A stretch of 63,984 nt of DNA, counting the filler, from Kipferlia bialata (lineage: Eukaryota), in assembly GCA_003568945.1 (NCBI GenBank). It is 6 parts of 6 records of this genome, joined end to end, with 100 filler letters (N's around TTAATTAATTAA, not from the genome) between each part and the next. Parts side by side here need not be neighbours in the genome. Positions count along the whole stretch, not along the records: positions 1 to 12,026 come from BDIP01001142.1; positions 12,127 to 24,151 come from BDIP01001143.1; 4 more parts are not named here. The stretch is one strand, 5' to 3'. The notes beneath the pieces were generated by a model, which had not been told where the DNA came from, did not search any database, and saw only the letters and a program-made list of their open reading frames with translations. A program made the position numbers and the translations under genes. Below, in pieces: positions 1-13,189 of this stretch. The number at the start of each line of letters is the position of its first letter. Position 1 is the first letter of the stretch.

Positions 1-50
<50 letters not shown>

Positions 51-77
51 CAGAGAGAGAGAAAGAGATGTATATAC

Positions 78-1567
78 CTCCATGAAGAAGTATGGGGCCA
101 GCTCTGTCATGACCAGTTCTCCAGAGGCCATGGCAAAGTACCACAGACCGAAGAGGATGGTGGGGAGGCACATCCTCTTGGTGTATGACCTAGAATCAGA
201 GAAAATGGTAAATTTATACTAGTTTGCAAGTGGGTAGCAATGCGATATACATAGTGAAGATGGTGGGGAGGCACATCCTCTTGGAATAGGACCTGGGTTA
301 AAATAGCCAGAGGGGATACCATCGTAAATATACACATAGAGAGATCGACTGGAATAGGAGTGCCAGTGTTAGTGTCACAAGGGAATATATGGAATATATA
401 GAGAGAGAGTGAGAGACTGGTATAGGAGTAGCTCACCTGGCCAGGTTCCTGTCATACACACATGCATCCAGAGCCAGCCACACAATGTTGCCCCCATGTG
501 CACCTGGGAGTGGGTATACGGTTATATATATATGTGTGTGTGGGTGTGGGTGTATAATCACTACAGTGATACGGGTAGAATAGCGATATTGTACTATGTT
601 GGCGCCATGTGCACCTGGGAGTGAGTGTTGACACTAGATTCATCAGTAGTAGAGATAGGTGAATACTGAATGCACTATATAACTATCCAATGGCCTACGT
701 TTTCCTATGTAGACGAATGTCAGTCTTACATACTCATATAGCCATTACTAAATGTATTCTTACATGAGAAGATATACATAGTCTCTACCTACACTGCAGA
801 ACTATCCAATGGCCTACATAGTCTCTACCTATGTTTGTGACCATGTCCCAGACCAATGTCAGTCTTACTTACTCATATAAACATTAGAAAACTCTTAATA
901 AGATATACATATGTACACCTATGTTTGTGACCATGTCCCAGACCTTGGCCCAGGTTGGGTAGTCATCGTTGTTGAGGCCTGAAGGTGAAAGGGTAAACTG
1001 AGAATAGTCAACGGGGAGTCAAAGAATCGCTGTTGAGGCCTGACGGTGAGAGGGACGCCCCTTAGTGTATAGAGTATAATTATCTGCAGAGAATAAATAT
1101 ATACCTGACGGTGAGACGTAAACCTCTGGGTATATAGGCAACAGAGAGTGAAAGATATGCACAGTGCGGTAAGGTGATATATGTACCTAACACCTCCCAG
1201 AACACCACTGCCACACAAACAGACTTGTGCATGTAGAGAATAGTATATGAACTTATCAAATTGCCTATAGATACATACCTAGCACCCCCCAGAAGACCAC
1301 TGCCACGTATACCGATGTGGTCAGAGACATTGCATAGAGGGTGCGCCTCACAGCAGACCTGGGGTGGAAGAAGCCATCCCACTGGACCTAGGGGTCAGGG
1401 GGGAAAAGAGAGAGTGAAGAAGAGTAGGGAATAGAGTATGTATGTATGTATGTACCTTTGATAGAGTTGGGAAGAGGACAGGGGCTGCAGAGACCAGACC
1501 ATATATCATGCAGAGGAAGGCGGTGCAGTTGGTCAGCTGGGGGGTTAGAGAGTGGGAGGGTGTGGAT

Positions 1568-1611
<44 letters not shown>

Positions 1612-2158
1612 CTGTGCAGTTGGTCAGCTGGGGGGTGAGAGAGCATGTGTTGGATAGAAGAGGGAAAGAGAGAGAAATAGAAAGGGTGGGTTGCATGTCG
1701 GAGAGAGAGAGAGATAGAGAGAGACGTTCCAAGGAAGAGGATTGGAGACTGGTGATGGGGGGGGGGGGGGGGACCTGGCTTGGGGACTTGGAGGAAGATA
1801 AAGAGAGGGGGATGAAGAGAGCATCCACACAACAGAGAGGGAGAATAGGAAGAGCAATACAGATATATCAAACCACTTACATATGAGAGGTAGTGTCCAA
1901 AGGCAAAGTCATAGACGCCAGTCTCCTTGAACACAATGTAGCATGTGTATGTGTTGGCAACCACGAAGCTGGAGAAGAGAGCTGCCCCAAGACGGAAGCG
2001 CCTGAGTAAGAGGAGGGCGTCTGAGATATGGTCTATTTATAGAGCCGTTTTCATGTTACAGTCTCTGTCTCCCAGCCCATTACCCACCTGTAACGCTGGA
2101 TACTACCGCCCTTTACCATATCCAGGGCGGTCTGACTGCTATATCCACTCTCAGCCAT
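78..2158 (-). CDS. FAR-17a/AIG1 (rolling stone/Pr6Pr-like) multi-pass membrane protein, multi-exon, 3' end beyond window start
   Basis: Manual splicing: MAESGYSSQTALDMVKGGSIQRYR|RFRLGAALFSSFVVANTY...HYLSY|LTNCTAFLCMIYG...|VQWDGFFHPRSAVRRTLYAMSLTTSVYVAVVFWGVL|EVYVSPSG|LNNDDYPTWAKVWDMVTNIG|AHGGNIVWLALD...|SYTKRMCLPTILFGLWYFA...APYFFME. The YLT, VFW, H..N...LD and PY.F motifs fit this family; introns are GT-AG. Confidence 0.7.
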
Positions 2159-2239
2159 AGGATGCACATGAAAACAAGAGTAGATCTCAACACCGACCAA
2201 ATCCAATCTTCAATTTGAACCATCCAAACCATACATACT

Positions 2240-3365
2240 CTATTCCACTGTTTCTCCTGCATTGTCACGTTCCCTTCCTATTCCCCCTATTCTTGGTTCA
2301 TTCACTTCTTCCTTCCCCTCAGGAGCTTCAGCTCTGCCGCCTTCTGAGGGTGAGAGTCTATTACCTGAAGACATTGCTGATACACAATACACACAAGTGG
2401 AATCGACACCACGTATACGTATACCATCCCTGCAAGTATTGAATACGGTTACCTTGATGGTCTTCTTGGCCCAGTATATCTTCTTCTGCCTCTCAAACGC
2501 GGCCATCTTCTTCTTCCAGGCATCCTGCATCACTCTCTGATAGGGTGAGAGGGAGAAAAGGTGTGACTAAATAGCCTATTTAGTCACTATTTAGTAAATA
2601 GGTCAGAGTATGACATAGATAGTGCCTAGGTGAGTGAACACAATGAGTATACACGCCACGAGTTCTCGTACCTTCTCCTCTGCTGGCACCTCGTGCCAAC
2701 GACGTTGCAGCTGGATATGAGAGAGAGTTCTACATCACAGCAATACAGTCAATGAAAGGAGACTATGCTAGAGAGTCTCTAGTAGAAATACATCCCACAG
2801 TGTCAACATATTCGTGCACTCACATGGATATTCATATAACAAATATAGTGTACAGAGTATTCTATACATACCAGGGCCAGACACTCCTCTGGCGTCAGAG
2901 AGGGGTTGTCGAGCACACACTGCTCTCTGTTGTCACTCAGGTACTGGATGTAGCTGAGGGTCAAACATTACTAATGGTAATTTACTATGATATTGATACA
3001 CTCAGGTACTGGATGTAACTGAGGGTCAAATGCATGCTCCACACTCTCTGAGGGAGTATAATGAAAGACATACATGTTCTTGGGCTTCTTGGGTCTCTCA
3101 TTGGCTGCTGCCTTTGACTTGGGGGGTGCCTGTGGTTTGAGCTATGACGGTTCACCCTGACATTGTATTGTGCACACATAATGTGTTGATATGGGTATGT
3201 GAAACTATCTGACGTACCCTCTTTGCTGCTCCCTTTGGCGCCATTCTCACTCAATGGCAGGTTATGCCAATGAGACTTAGCGCTGTATCTAAAGGATTGG
3301 TAGGAGAGCTTGACACTCACTGCGACTGAGTCACTGGTGTTGGACGAGAAGATGGTATCTTCTGC
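2240..3365 (-). CDS. hypothetical protein, multi-exon
   Basis: Exon-sized open segments with splice sites (SVKLSYQSFRYSAKSHWHNLP; LQRRWHEVPAEEK; MQDAWKKKMAAFERQKKIYWAKKTIK; last exon ends ...GETVE* at 2240). Start not determined. Confidence 0.45.
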
Positions 3366-3549
3366 AGCTCAAGACAACCTTCACAATGTGTATATCACAT
3401 ATCCCGAACAACTGTAGTGTCTACAGTATTCTAGTATGCTGTTCTAGAGAGGTCGATAGAAGATAGAAAATAGAGCCTTGGTATTGAATTAAAACAAGTC
3501 TCTATTTGGATGCGTCTCTGAGTCTCAGAACTGATTCATTTGCAACTCA

Positions 3550-4750
3550 CTATCGAACTACACGACTCTCCAATATAGAGTCTACATAGAGCTCCTTGCA
3601 GTGTCTCTGGGAGAAGAGGTTACCGTTGACATAGGACTGCTTGCCAATCAAGTGTACGGCTGAATAGTAAGTGGTTATTGATATGGACTGCAACAGTATT
3701 GTCACTTCGAGGGAACAGTATGTGAATATGTACTTGTCAGTGTGTATCATGTATTACCTGAGTACATCGTATATGCTAAAAGCTCGCAGTCTCTCTTTAG
3801 AACAGAGGCGATGCCGCCGTACTGACACACAGACATGAGGTTCTGGACGTTATTTCACACAGTATGTCTGCACACATATACCCACAAGTTGTCATAGTAT
3901 ATGACTGAGTGTAGTGGTCCACTGACCTGATAGAATGCCACGTCACAGGCGTCCTGAGTGTTGCCAGGGGCAGCGTAGCACAGGTCTGATATCAGTCGGC
4001 TGATTCATATTGCGACTGGTATTTCTAGTACTACTGGTACTCATTGAGTGCTACAGTGTCGCAGCCAGGAAACTTATAGAACAACGCAACACAACCAGAT
4101 TGGATACAAAGATGTGATATATACAGTACCATACCGTGGAGCTCGCACTCACTGCCAAACACCATGTCTGAGACATCCTTGACATATGGGACTGGTATGC
4201 TGCAGCCATCAGCCCTTAGGGGCCAGAACTCATCACAGCCTGGGGTCAGACCCATAGAGGGATACTGAGTGACACCACACAGCATATAGTATAAAGAGCA
4301 CAATAATAGAGTGGAGACAAGGAGGTAGAGATATACAATGAACGATTGCGGGTACCTGGGTCCTCACAGTACATGTATGCATACTCCACAATCGGGAAGT
4401 CAGGGACACAGTTCATTCTGGGTATCAGGAGGACCAATACCACAGAGACCATTGTATAAATTAGTACACTGGCATAGAGTACGCCTATACTGTCACAAAG
4501 TGGTGAACCAGTAGATACGAATGATAATGTGCTTTTGGGATAAGGCATGTATTATTATTGTTACCGACTTACCCATATGGAGTGAAGTGACTGTCTATCA
4601 CAAACACATCTGCTCCATTACCGGTGGGGCAAGTGAAGGATTGGCTAGGACACTCGTGCTCCAATGCTACCGATGAGACTACCGGTACAAAGCTCGGAGT
4701 TCGTATGAATATTATATTCATTGAATATATGTAGCACTCTGTAATGTACC
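3550..4750 (-). CDS. secretory phospholipase A2-like protein (group XII/prokaryotic-type His-Asp PLA2)
   Basis: Spliced: DGCSIPVPYVKDVSDMVFGSECELH|DLCYAAPGNTQDACDVAFYQ|NLMSVCQYGG...DCELLAYTMYS|AVHLIGKQSYVNG...*. Contains CxxHDxCY...CD..F..NL...C and MY.AV...G. 5' end approximate. Confidence 0.8.
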
Positions 4751-5122
4751 TAGATACTTGACCGTGGCTATTGGCAGCATGACACTGGCCAGGAACAGTT
4801 TGATGAACCCAAACATACACTCTCGAGTTCAAAGCTTAAATAGGAAATAAGAATAACACTTAGAAAAGGAATGGGTAGTGTGTTGCAACCGGTTTAGGTG
4901 TCGACACAGCCACAGTGGGCAATTAGATGAGACCACTGAAGTGGGTCCCACACAGCCTGCGGCACTTTTAAAGAAGGACAGGATATTGCATTACTCTGAT
5001 TACTCCATGTTACGTTCGTATAGAACCTCTATTGATGGCCTCTGCTTGAGATGGTTGCACTCACCCACCGAACCCTTTCAGCAAAAACTGTATCTTGATG
5101 CGCTCTGCACTCTCTGTTGCTA

Positions 5123-6037
5123 ATGGCCCGTCGTGTGAAGGCGCCTCACGGTAATGCTGGGGCTGCCCCAGAGGGTTATGAACATAGTGGGCTAGATGCG
5201 TCAATGTGGAGCAGATTCTTCAAGTCCCTCTCTGAGCTGATGTATGAGATTGAGAGACAGACAGGCAGACAGTGGGATATCAAAGGTAACCTATGACACG
5301 TATATCTATATATATATATGAACTCATATACATCCACTTGCAACATATTAGTGCTTCCTCATTTGTAGTAATGAGTGTATATCCGCATCAGAGTGCAGAA
5401 GAGAAACATGGAGGTTATAGCTAGTTATATACTGACACATGCAGTGTCTTCCAGATCTGTTACGGATGGAATACTGCGTAGTGATAAGTAGGCATTCTTC
5501 TCCTAAGGGGCCTGTTGTACCAGAGAACCCCCCCCCCCCCCTACGTCCCTCCCCCCCCCCTTCCTCCTTCCATCCTTTCAGCTCTATCATCTCACACAGT
5601 TGGTGAACGTATCCTGAACTGCTCGCTTCTCTCCACAATGGGTCAGAGAGGTATTAAGCACACTACTTTATACAACACTGTTGTTATGTTCCTGCCCCCA
5701 TTGCACCCTTAGCTGTGATGTGCAACGTATATATGGCCAGGTGTGTATAACTACATGCACTCATACTAACCTTCCAGGCAAGCAGTGTCAGTGCAATGTG
5801 ACATTCACCCAGAACAAGGCAGGGTACAGACTCTCAGACTTCAAGTCTGGTGTGAGGGATGGGAGAATGCACTCAGACCACTGCACGGCGCACAAGGTAC
5901 AAGCACATCGTGTATACCTGACTGATTAATACACTGCTTGCAGCACTTATGGTATGTAATGCACTGGGGTGACTTTTACTACACTGTACACAAGGTACAT
6001 CAACACAATACATTCACTGGCAGATACACCACAAGTA
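5123..6037 (+). CDS. small hypothetical protein with a possible Cys/His zinc-binding region
   Basis: ATG 5123 opens MARRVKAPHG...RQWDIK, followed by a GT donor. Later exons include CDVQRIYG and GKQCQCNVTFTQNK...MHSDHCTAHK. Confidence 0.45.
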
Positions 6038-6125
6038 ACAAATATATTGTGATATACTGGGAAGAGCCTACTCTACATGAATAAATACTATTCATTATCA
6101 TTCTGAATATGCTATACCTGACTCA

Positions 6126-7121
6126 TTGCAGCACATCCACATTAGGCGTCTCGGAGCAGCTCCCCTGTACTGCAGACACCGTATAGACCCTGTGGCCATG
6201 CATGGGAGAGAGGTCTTCTGTCTACCTTATGGCGACGGCACCCCTGCCTGCACCGTCAGCCTACCCTCTACCCATGACCTTGTAGAGAGAGTGGGCACCC
6301 GCTGTACTCTCAGAGAGGACTGGGGCACGCCACTGGCATTGGGAAACCGCTACAAGGCATAGGCCGTGGTGGGCAACAGTGTCTACGTGCTCAGTCACTG
6401 GGCCACCTCGGAGGAGCACAGATAACGCAAGAATGTCGTGTTCCTTTAGGGTGACTTGGACTCTCAGACGTGGAAGGTGCTCCCTCCCCCTCCCCACGTA
6501 ACAAGTGTAGAGTACGAGAGGTCGTTGTACTTCACTCCATTCGTGCTAGACGGAGATATCTACTGGCTGTCCCAGATCAAGCACACCAACAACCACGACC
6601 TTTTCGAAGTGGCCTTCGCTCGGTACACAACTGATCCCACACTACCTGACTCTCAGAGATGGGAGACTCTCCCTGTACCGCCTATCATTGTGAGTCTAGG
6701 CAAGAACCTCCGCTTCTATGCGGCTGCCGTCCATGACACTGGATATGTATTCCACCCCCGATCCCACACAGTGATATTTGGGTATTCTCCAAGAGGGGGA
6801 TGGTCTGAGATCCACACTCTCAGGGGTGTATCGTGTAAGAGTACCCCCCTTATCTATGGAAGGCATCTTGTTGTGCATTCTGGTCAATGCTGGACACGGA
6901 AGAATGGATGTGAGTACATGGTCTTTGACACCATTACCCTCAAGTGGTGTCTCTGGACCTGCCTCGACTATGGGCACACCCTGATGCAGGGGAGAGAGGG
7001 AGGCAACTACGTGTACATGCGTGCTCTCAAGTCACACGTCTCTGCGATGGGCGAGGCTGAGGTGGACCCCCAGATGCTATATCCAGACCCTTCTCTCAAG
7101 TGGGCTCAGACGCAGCACTGA
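6126..7121 (+). pseudogene. intronless kelch-type beta-propeller gene with three in-frame stops
   Basis: ORFs 6126-6362 and 6456-7121 are in the same frame. The bridge reads YKA*AVVGNSVYVLSHWATSEEHR*RKNVVFL*GDLDSQTW. Kelch-like motifs present (AVVGNSVYV, DLDSQTW, WETLPVPP, FDTITLKW). Confidence 0.6.
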
Positions 7122-7517
7122 CGTCATTGTACGTACAATATGAAGTATTGTAAATCTATAGAAATATCTATACACTAGAGACTACTCTATCCATGATGGT
7201 CTACCCAGACCCCTCTCAAAAGTGGGCTATTGAGACTCATTAAGAGTCCATATGAGAATATGCGCAGAGGCCACTACTTTGGGCCAAAGTATTGCATTAT
7301 GTAACAATGGCTCAGATACAGCCCTAACCATGTTTTACACACTGAAAATGATGTTGTGTACTGTTATTGAATACTTGAAATAACAACACTTTCACTACTA
7401 GTGAATCACTAGTGACTAGCTCTTCATGGTGTATTTCACCCCCAGGATCTGTCCTCCCAAAGAGATATGACCCTACAATGTAGGCTACATGTTTACTAGA
7501 ATATATTACTGGTCAAC

Positions 7518-10500
7518 CTACTCCCACCAGACAGTCCTTGATGTGACAAACTGGCCATCCAGCCACACTGCAAACATGATTTTCCCGTCCTCACTGACGA
7601 TATAGGGGTCGGTGGGAACAGTGAGGTGAGCCCTGTACTCACACTGGTTCTGACCTCCACTGTATGTGACTGGCTGGGGGTCACCGTACTGTGATCGGCC
7701 CGGGCCCATAAAGTACACGGAGATACGGCCGAGGAGATCGTGCGGGTACAGGGTCTCGTCCGTGTGGAATAGCGAGAAGGTGGCAGAGCCGGTGCAACCT
7801 GGAGCAGTTAAGCAATGTTGATGTATTCAGATACTACATTATGTTGAATGTGTGAATACATCGGCTGCTTTCCACTCATACCTGGGGATATGTCGTACGG
7901 CTGCACACTAATGCTTGACGACGGGAGCATCACGCTGGCCGTACGCATAACGTACACTCCACCACCTGGACCACCAGAGGCCTGGGGTATAGTGTAGTTG
8001 AACTGGATATTGTAACAGAAGATGTGTGTTCTACTGCACTATACCTGGGGGATGATCGATGATCCAACCAGGATGGTGTCTGTGAGGGGGTCGGAGGCTA
8101 GACACTCGCCAAAGTAGTCAGTCTGGGGGTAAGATGCAATATATATATACTACACCTCAGTCATACATTAATATATATACGCAACCTCGTTGTAGAACCC
8201 TCCCTGCCAGTCTTGTACACTGGACACCCACTGCATATAGGCAGAGTCATGCTGGAACTGGGACACATACCCTGGTGGTCAGAGATTCAAAGTGCTAAGA
8301 CACATACATCCTTGTATCTATAAGTAGTATGTACTATATATAGTATATAGTGTGTATATAAATATATGTATATATATTGCAACCTGGGAATCCAAATGGC
8401 GCCCCTGCCACCGTCAGTATGTCACCTCTTAGGGCCACTTGAGCGCCGAACCAACCTATCTCAGAGGGCACCTGGCAGTGAGGGAATGAAGTAAAAGAAC
8501 AACAGAAATGCAGAAAGGTATGGAATCAATGTGAACTCGGTCCACAGGTGCATACAGAACACTGGGTATATTATATATATATATGTAATATATGGTGTGT
8601 AGGACTGTATACTCTCCCTTACCGGAGTGTCTGCCAGTGACTGGGACCGGATGAAGTGGAGCTGGCCCTCAGTCATACTGGACTCGTATACATGGACCAG
8701 TCCTGCCTCTTCACAGTCAAGGACCTGGTGTATGTCAACAATACAGTGAATGTAGACATGATCCACCTGATCCACATGGGAGTACAAAATAGATTTGTCA
8801 TGGTATTGGGTGTAAGTTAGACTACAAAGGTTCATCAATGATACCTGTGCGTATCTCTCTCCCACTGCGAGTCTGACTGAAGTGACACCCACGTCAATGG
8901 CCAAAGCGCTTGAGTGAGACAGCTACCACAACCTTACATGATTTATATATGGGACAGACACGTTGCTAGATATATATTGTGATATATATAGTGTCACAGT
9001 GCATACACGAGATATAGTTGGATATTGAGTTACCATCTGACATACCCGCCAAAGAAGCCATTGTCTGTGGGTTTAGGGCTCGATAATACCTGACGTTATG
9101 CACTAGACAGACATCAGTATCAGGTAGGAATATACTGTCGTAGTATCAGTCAATGGGAGTATGATTCCCTGCCCCTCACCTGCACCAAGCCTTCGGGCTC
9201 CCCCTGTGCATCCTCAAGATACCAGTCTGGCACTGTTGTGTCATAGATGGCAACCTGGGGAGAGTACGATACACAGTGCAAGCACAGTGTACATGGGGTA
9301 GGTATATATATATATGTGTGTGTACCTTCCCAGCAACCTGCAGCCTCTCATCGTCAATTACCACAGTGGATGATGCGAAGCCCGCTGCTAGTATGCCATT
9401 GGAGTATGACAGGAAGGAGCCATAGTTAGTGCCAGAGGGGAGAGCAACCTGGGGAAAGAATGAGAGAGAGCTTGGAGTCAGAGAAGACTACATACTATAT
9501 AGACACCCATACATACTAGTGGTATGTACTAGGTATTGATTACCTTTTGAGCCATGTCCCACCCTGACTCAGCGTCTGCATACCACAGACCAAAGGTACT
9601 GGATATTACAAGACGATCGTCAGCGAAGGAGAGCTGAGGTGAGAGGTGAGAGGAATCCACACATTATAAGCATAGTCCGCAACAGCGTATGGGTGGATTA
9701 GCGATCGAATATGTAGTACATATTATGTACATACCGCAGCACCAAACTGTGCGTCCCACTTGTGTGCCTCTGTGGGTAGGGGTATGCGGCACAACCTGAC
9801 CCACGTGGAGCCCTCGAGGGAGTAGAGATGCACTTCACCTGCCTCGACTGGAGGTGGAGGGTAGAGAGACGGGGGGGGGAGGAGGGAGACAATATCCAAA
9901 TACACATAGGAGTCAATATACTATCAGACATACCCCCTTGTGTCTCATAGTATGGGATGCCAACAGCGATGAGGGAGAGAGAGTGGGAGGCCGCGACCGC
10001 GGTTCCAAAGAGGAGACTTGAGTAGGGGTCGATTGGATCTAAAAGTGAGTAATGGCCCATTACTACTGTCCACAGTAATGGGGGACACAGAGTAGATCGG
10101 TGTGGGGGTACAGTGATTGCGTGTAGATGCTATATATACGTGCCTGGTGTGTCTCCATCTGGCTCTAGCCAGGCATACTCTTCCCAGATGCCATCAGCAC
10201 CGTCCCTGTGTCAGTGCCACATACTTGAAGAAGTCCCGTGATATGACTGTATGCATGTATGACACTTGCGAGATCCAGGGCGAGAGTTGCTTTGTGATAC
10301 CTGTGAAAGACAGTGGTTCCACCTCTGTAGTGGTTGTAGGTGACGCATCCAGAGACCAGCCAGTCTCCGTCAACAGCTACAGAGGAACCACAGCCTTGAA
10401 TAAGGTGAAATGGGCGAACACTGACTATATGTATAGCATCCTGCTATTCAATAGCTGAAACGGGAGTCGAGTATGACGCACCTGCTGGAGACAAGCCACT

Positions 10501-10714
10501 CTCTGCAAACAGGGGCATCAGAAGCTGATCCTGGATTAGCTGTTGAGAGAGACAATCCAAGTATGACCATAATACATGAATGGCAGTGAATTGCAGTATT
10601 ATGGGTACGCTGGAAAATGCACACCTGCTCCCATACGTGCACTGTCGGACTGGAGACTGAGGCAAATGCATGAACGCAGAGGATTAGCTCCACTAGAAGC
10701 ACGGCCAGGCGCAT
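7518..10714 (-). CDS. secreted FG-GAP/integrin-alpha-like beta-propeller repeat protein, multi-exon
   Basis: N-terminal signal-like MRLAVLLVELILCVHAFA. Repeats such as FGTAVAAS..LIAVGIPYYE, AGEVHLY, AQFGAAV, AGLVHVYES and FGAQVALRGDILTVAGAP. Last exon ends ...SRTVWWE* at 7518. Confidence 0.7.
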
Positions 10715-11307
10715 GTGGGTAGCAAGAAAGGAGACCGAGCAGACCGTTCTCACCGTTCTAAGAATCAGTGTGGAAGGAGGACGGACATAGCATGTCACAC
10801 GCCCTGGCTGTGCAAACACGCAAATACTGTAAGGGGCATGTTAGTGTATAATACCTACATCTGCCACTGGTAGGTTACCAGTGGCTTAAATCATTCAGAG
10901 AGAGAGCATCTTCATCTGGCTCTTTATGATGTCGGAGATGGAGAGGGACAGAGCGTTTGTCACAGACGGGACAACGCGTAACATAGACCCATAGTGATGC
11001 CAGCCTCTGGCCCAGAGGGGCATACTATCCTTACAAACATCAATTATGTGTCTTTGTTTATAACGGATACTTCATATAGTTGAAACAGACCCTGACAAGA
11101 GTTGCTCTATATCTGAACTTCAGATTCTGAAGTAGGTTCCATATATTATCGATGCAATGCCACATTGATAGAATAATCCACAATCCAACAATGTGGATTA
11201 TTGACATGGGACTGGGGGTCCATACTCTCGACCAGAGAGGAGACTGGCTTCTGCCTTGTATAGTGGCGCTTGACAGATAACATCGGAGTCCGATGATCGG
11301 ACCCGCT

Positions 11308-12026
11308 TCAATTACTTCCATTCCCCTTCTCAGTCCCATCCACCCTTCTCCTCCCTTGCCTTGGGTTCCAGTCAATACCCAGAGCATCCAGAGCAGCCAC
11401 CCTTTCGTCTGAGAGCCTACCCTCTCTACGCAGGTGACGTACCCGATAGACCCACCCACTCAATGATGGCGAGTCTGAGCCAGGCCAAGAGGTGTGCGTC
11501 TCAAGATACTCCTGGAGCTCTAGTATAGTATCATCCCACTGTTGTTCACGGGGGTCCCAGACAAACCCGATGCTGTTAAGGAGATCGATGCGGCGTTTGC
11601 TGAGAGTCTTACTCTTGCAATGTGATCGCTGCACCTTACACCATCGAGTCATGGCTTCCTCCGTCTCAGGGGGTAGCTTGTCACGTGTTGTCAAGTGTCT
11701 CCTCAGCGTTGCAAAAGTTACCTCCCATGTGCTGTTAGACTCCGACTTCTTCTCTCCTAAGGGAAAATCAATGCTCTCGAGACGACATGTCTTGGCAAGA
11801 GTAAGCTTGCCACCTATATGGAGAATTCTCTGTATCTCAGCCCACTCAAAGAGAGTCTTATCGTCAGCCTCTGAGGGCCACTTGCCGTGACTCTCCCTGT
11901 GCCTCTGCAGAGCCATAAAGGACTTATCCCACCCAGACACCGTGAATCCCCATGGGACGTTGATGCTGTTGAGCTTATCAATGTGCACCTGTGATAGCTT
12001 GCCTGCACGGTACTGGGTATCCTGAT
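11308..12026 (-). CDS. helicase-associated (HA) domain repeat protein, intronless, 5'-truncated by contig end
   Basis: Three to four W...F..L.....HG.WP......L..W...QR......L...R...L.SI.F.W units, e.g. RWCKVQRSHCKSKTLSKRRIDLLNSIGFVWD. Confidence 0.85.
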
Positions 12027-12126
12027 NNNNNNNNNNNNNNNNNNNNNNNNNNNNNNNNNNNNNNNNNNNNTTAATTAATTAANNNNNNNNNNNNNNNNNN
12101 NNNNNNNNNNNNNNNNNNNNNNNNNN
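12027..12126. other. artificial contig linker N44-TTAATTAATTAA-N44
   Basis: Identical 100-bp spacer with stop codons in all six frames; occurs five times in the window. Confidence 0.97.
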
Positions 12127-12179
<53 letters not shown>

Positions 12180-12183
12180 GGTA

Positions 12184-13189
12184 CCTTCTCCTCCTGCCGC
12201 TGCTGGCGCTGACCTCTGGGGTCCTCTCGCCATCAGAGACGGTGGGGGTGGGGACCTGAGGGTGAGGGTATACATCATACAACCAGACAGAGAATGCAAG
12301 AGAGATACTCTGGAATGAGCAGATGAAGACACATATAATAGCACAGCACCTGGGAGACCACCCTGCTGTTGCCCTGGAACACAGGCTCGGGCTCAGACCG
12401 GGAGCACCACTTCTTGTGCTCATACTTGTTCCTGGGGTGAGCAGGGAGAGGATACAGTCGATACGGATACAAACCACTCAATCCACATCTATATATGTAC
12501 CATTACCACGACACACCCACTTGTTCAACATATAATACTTCATAGATAACATAACATATGACGTAATGGGTTGAGCCCCGAAGGAGTGGTATACGGTATC
12601 ACACAATCATACGTATACACTCTGATCCCCACCTGATCCAGCCGGGCCTGGCACCGCTGTCGTTCTCAGAGGGCTTGGACATGGAGCTGGGCAGCTTGCG
12701 GAGCCAGAATGCGTTAGCGTTGAGGTTCCCCATTGCCTTCATCCACTCCACCTGCTCCTTGGTCCACTTGTCCAGGGTCACAGACTTAACCTGACCGGTC
12801 AGGGGGGGCACCACACAAAAGGGGAGGGCACAGGGAGTGTAGCCCAGTCCATATAGTGGTGGAAACTACATGCTGCATGTATATGGGGAATCAGGGAGAG
12901 TGGATAGAGGATAGCCACAACAAAGTCAAGATCTATAATGAGTACTACCAACCTTGGAAATGTGCCTTCCCATTCCACGGTGCACAGCAGAGCACTGGAT
13001 GCAAACGAATACTCCCAGGTTGAAGCTAGCCCAACGGGGGCCTGTGTAAGAGGAGATAAGACGCAAACAAATGAACAATATCCTATACTCACCCTTTGAG
13101 CCGCAGTCAGCACACTCACGGTTGCAATCAAGCTTCAGCAGTGCCAGAAGGGCATTCTTGTTAGCCTCGATGTTCTCAGCCGGTGCCAT
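12184..13189 (-). CDS. ArfGAP (SMAP/AGD-like), multi-exon, 3'-truncated
   Basis: [69 protein letters not shown]...[11 protein letters not shown]: the canonical CxxC-x16-CxxC-x4-R ArfGAP motif. Confidence 0.95.

Noticed and set aside
1388..1964. Many ORF-track entries rich in SL/ER/YI/CV (here and throughout the window)
   Set aside because: Translations of (CT)n, (GA)n, (TA)n and (TG)n microsatellites, or antisense shadows of real exons.
12127..12175. Long poly-G/poly-C runs giving poly-Pro/Gly ORFs (also at 24103, 48471, 60580)
   Set aside because: Intronic C-tracts at assembly breakpoints; lengths are unreliable and they are not coding.
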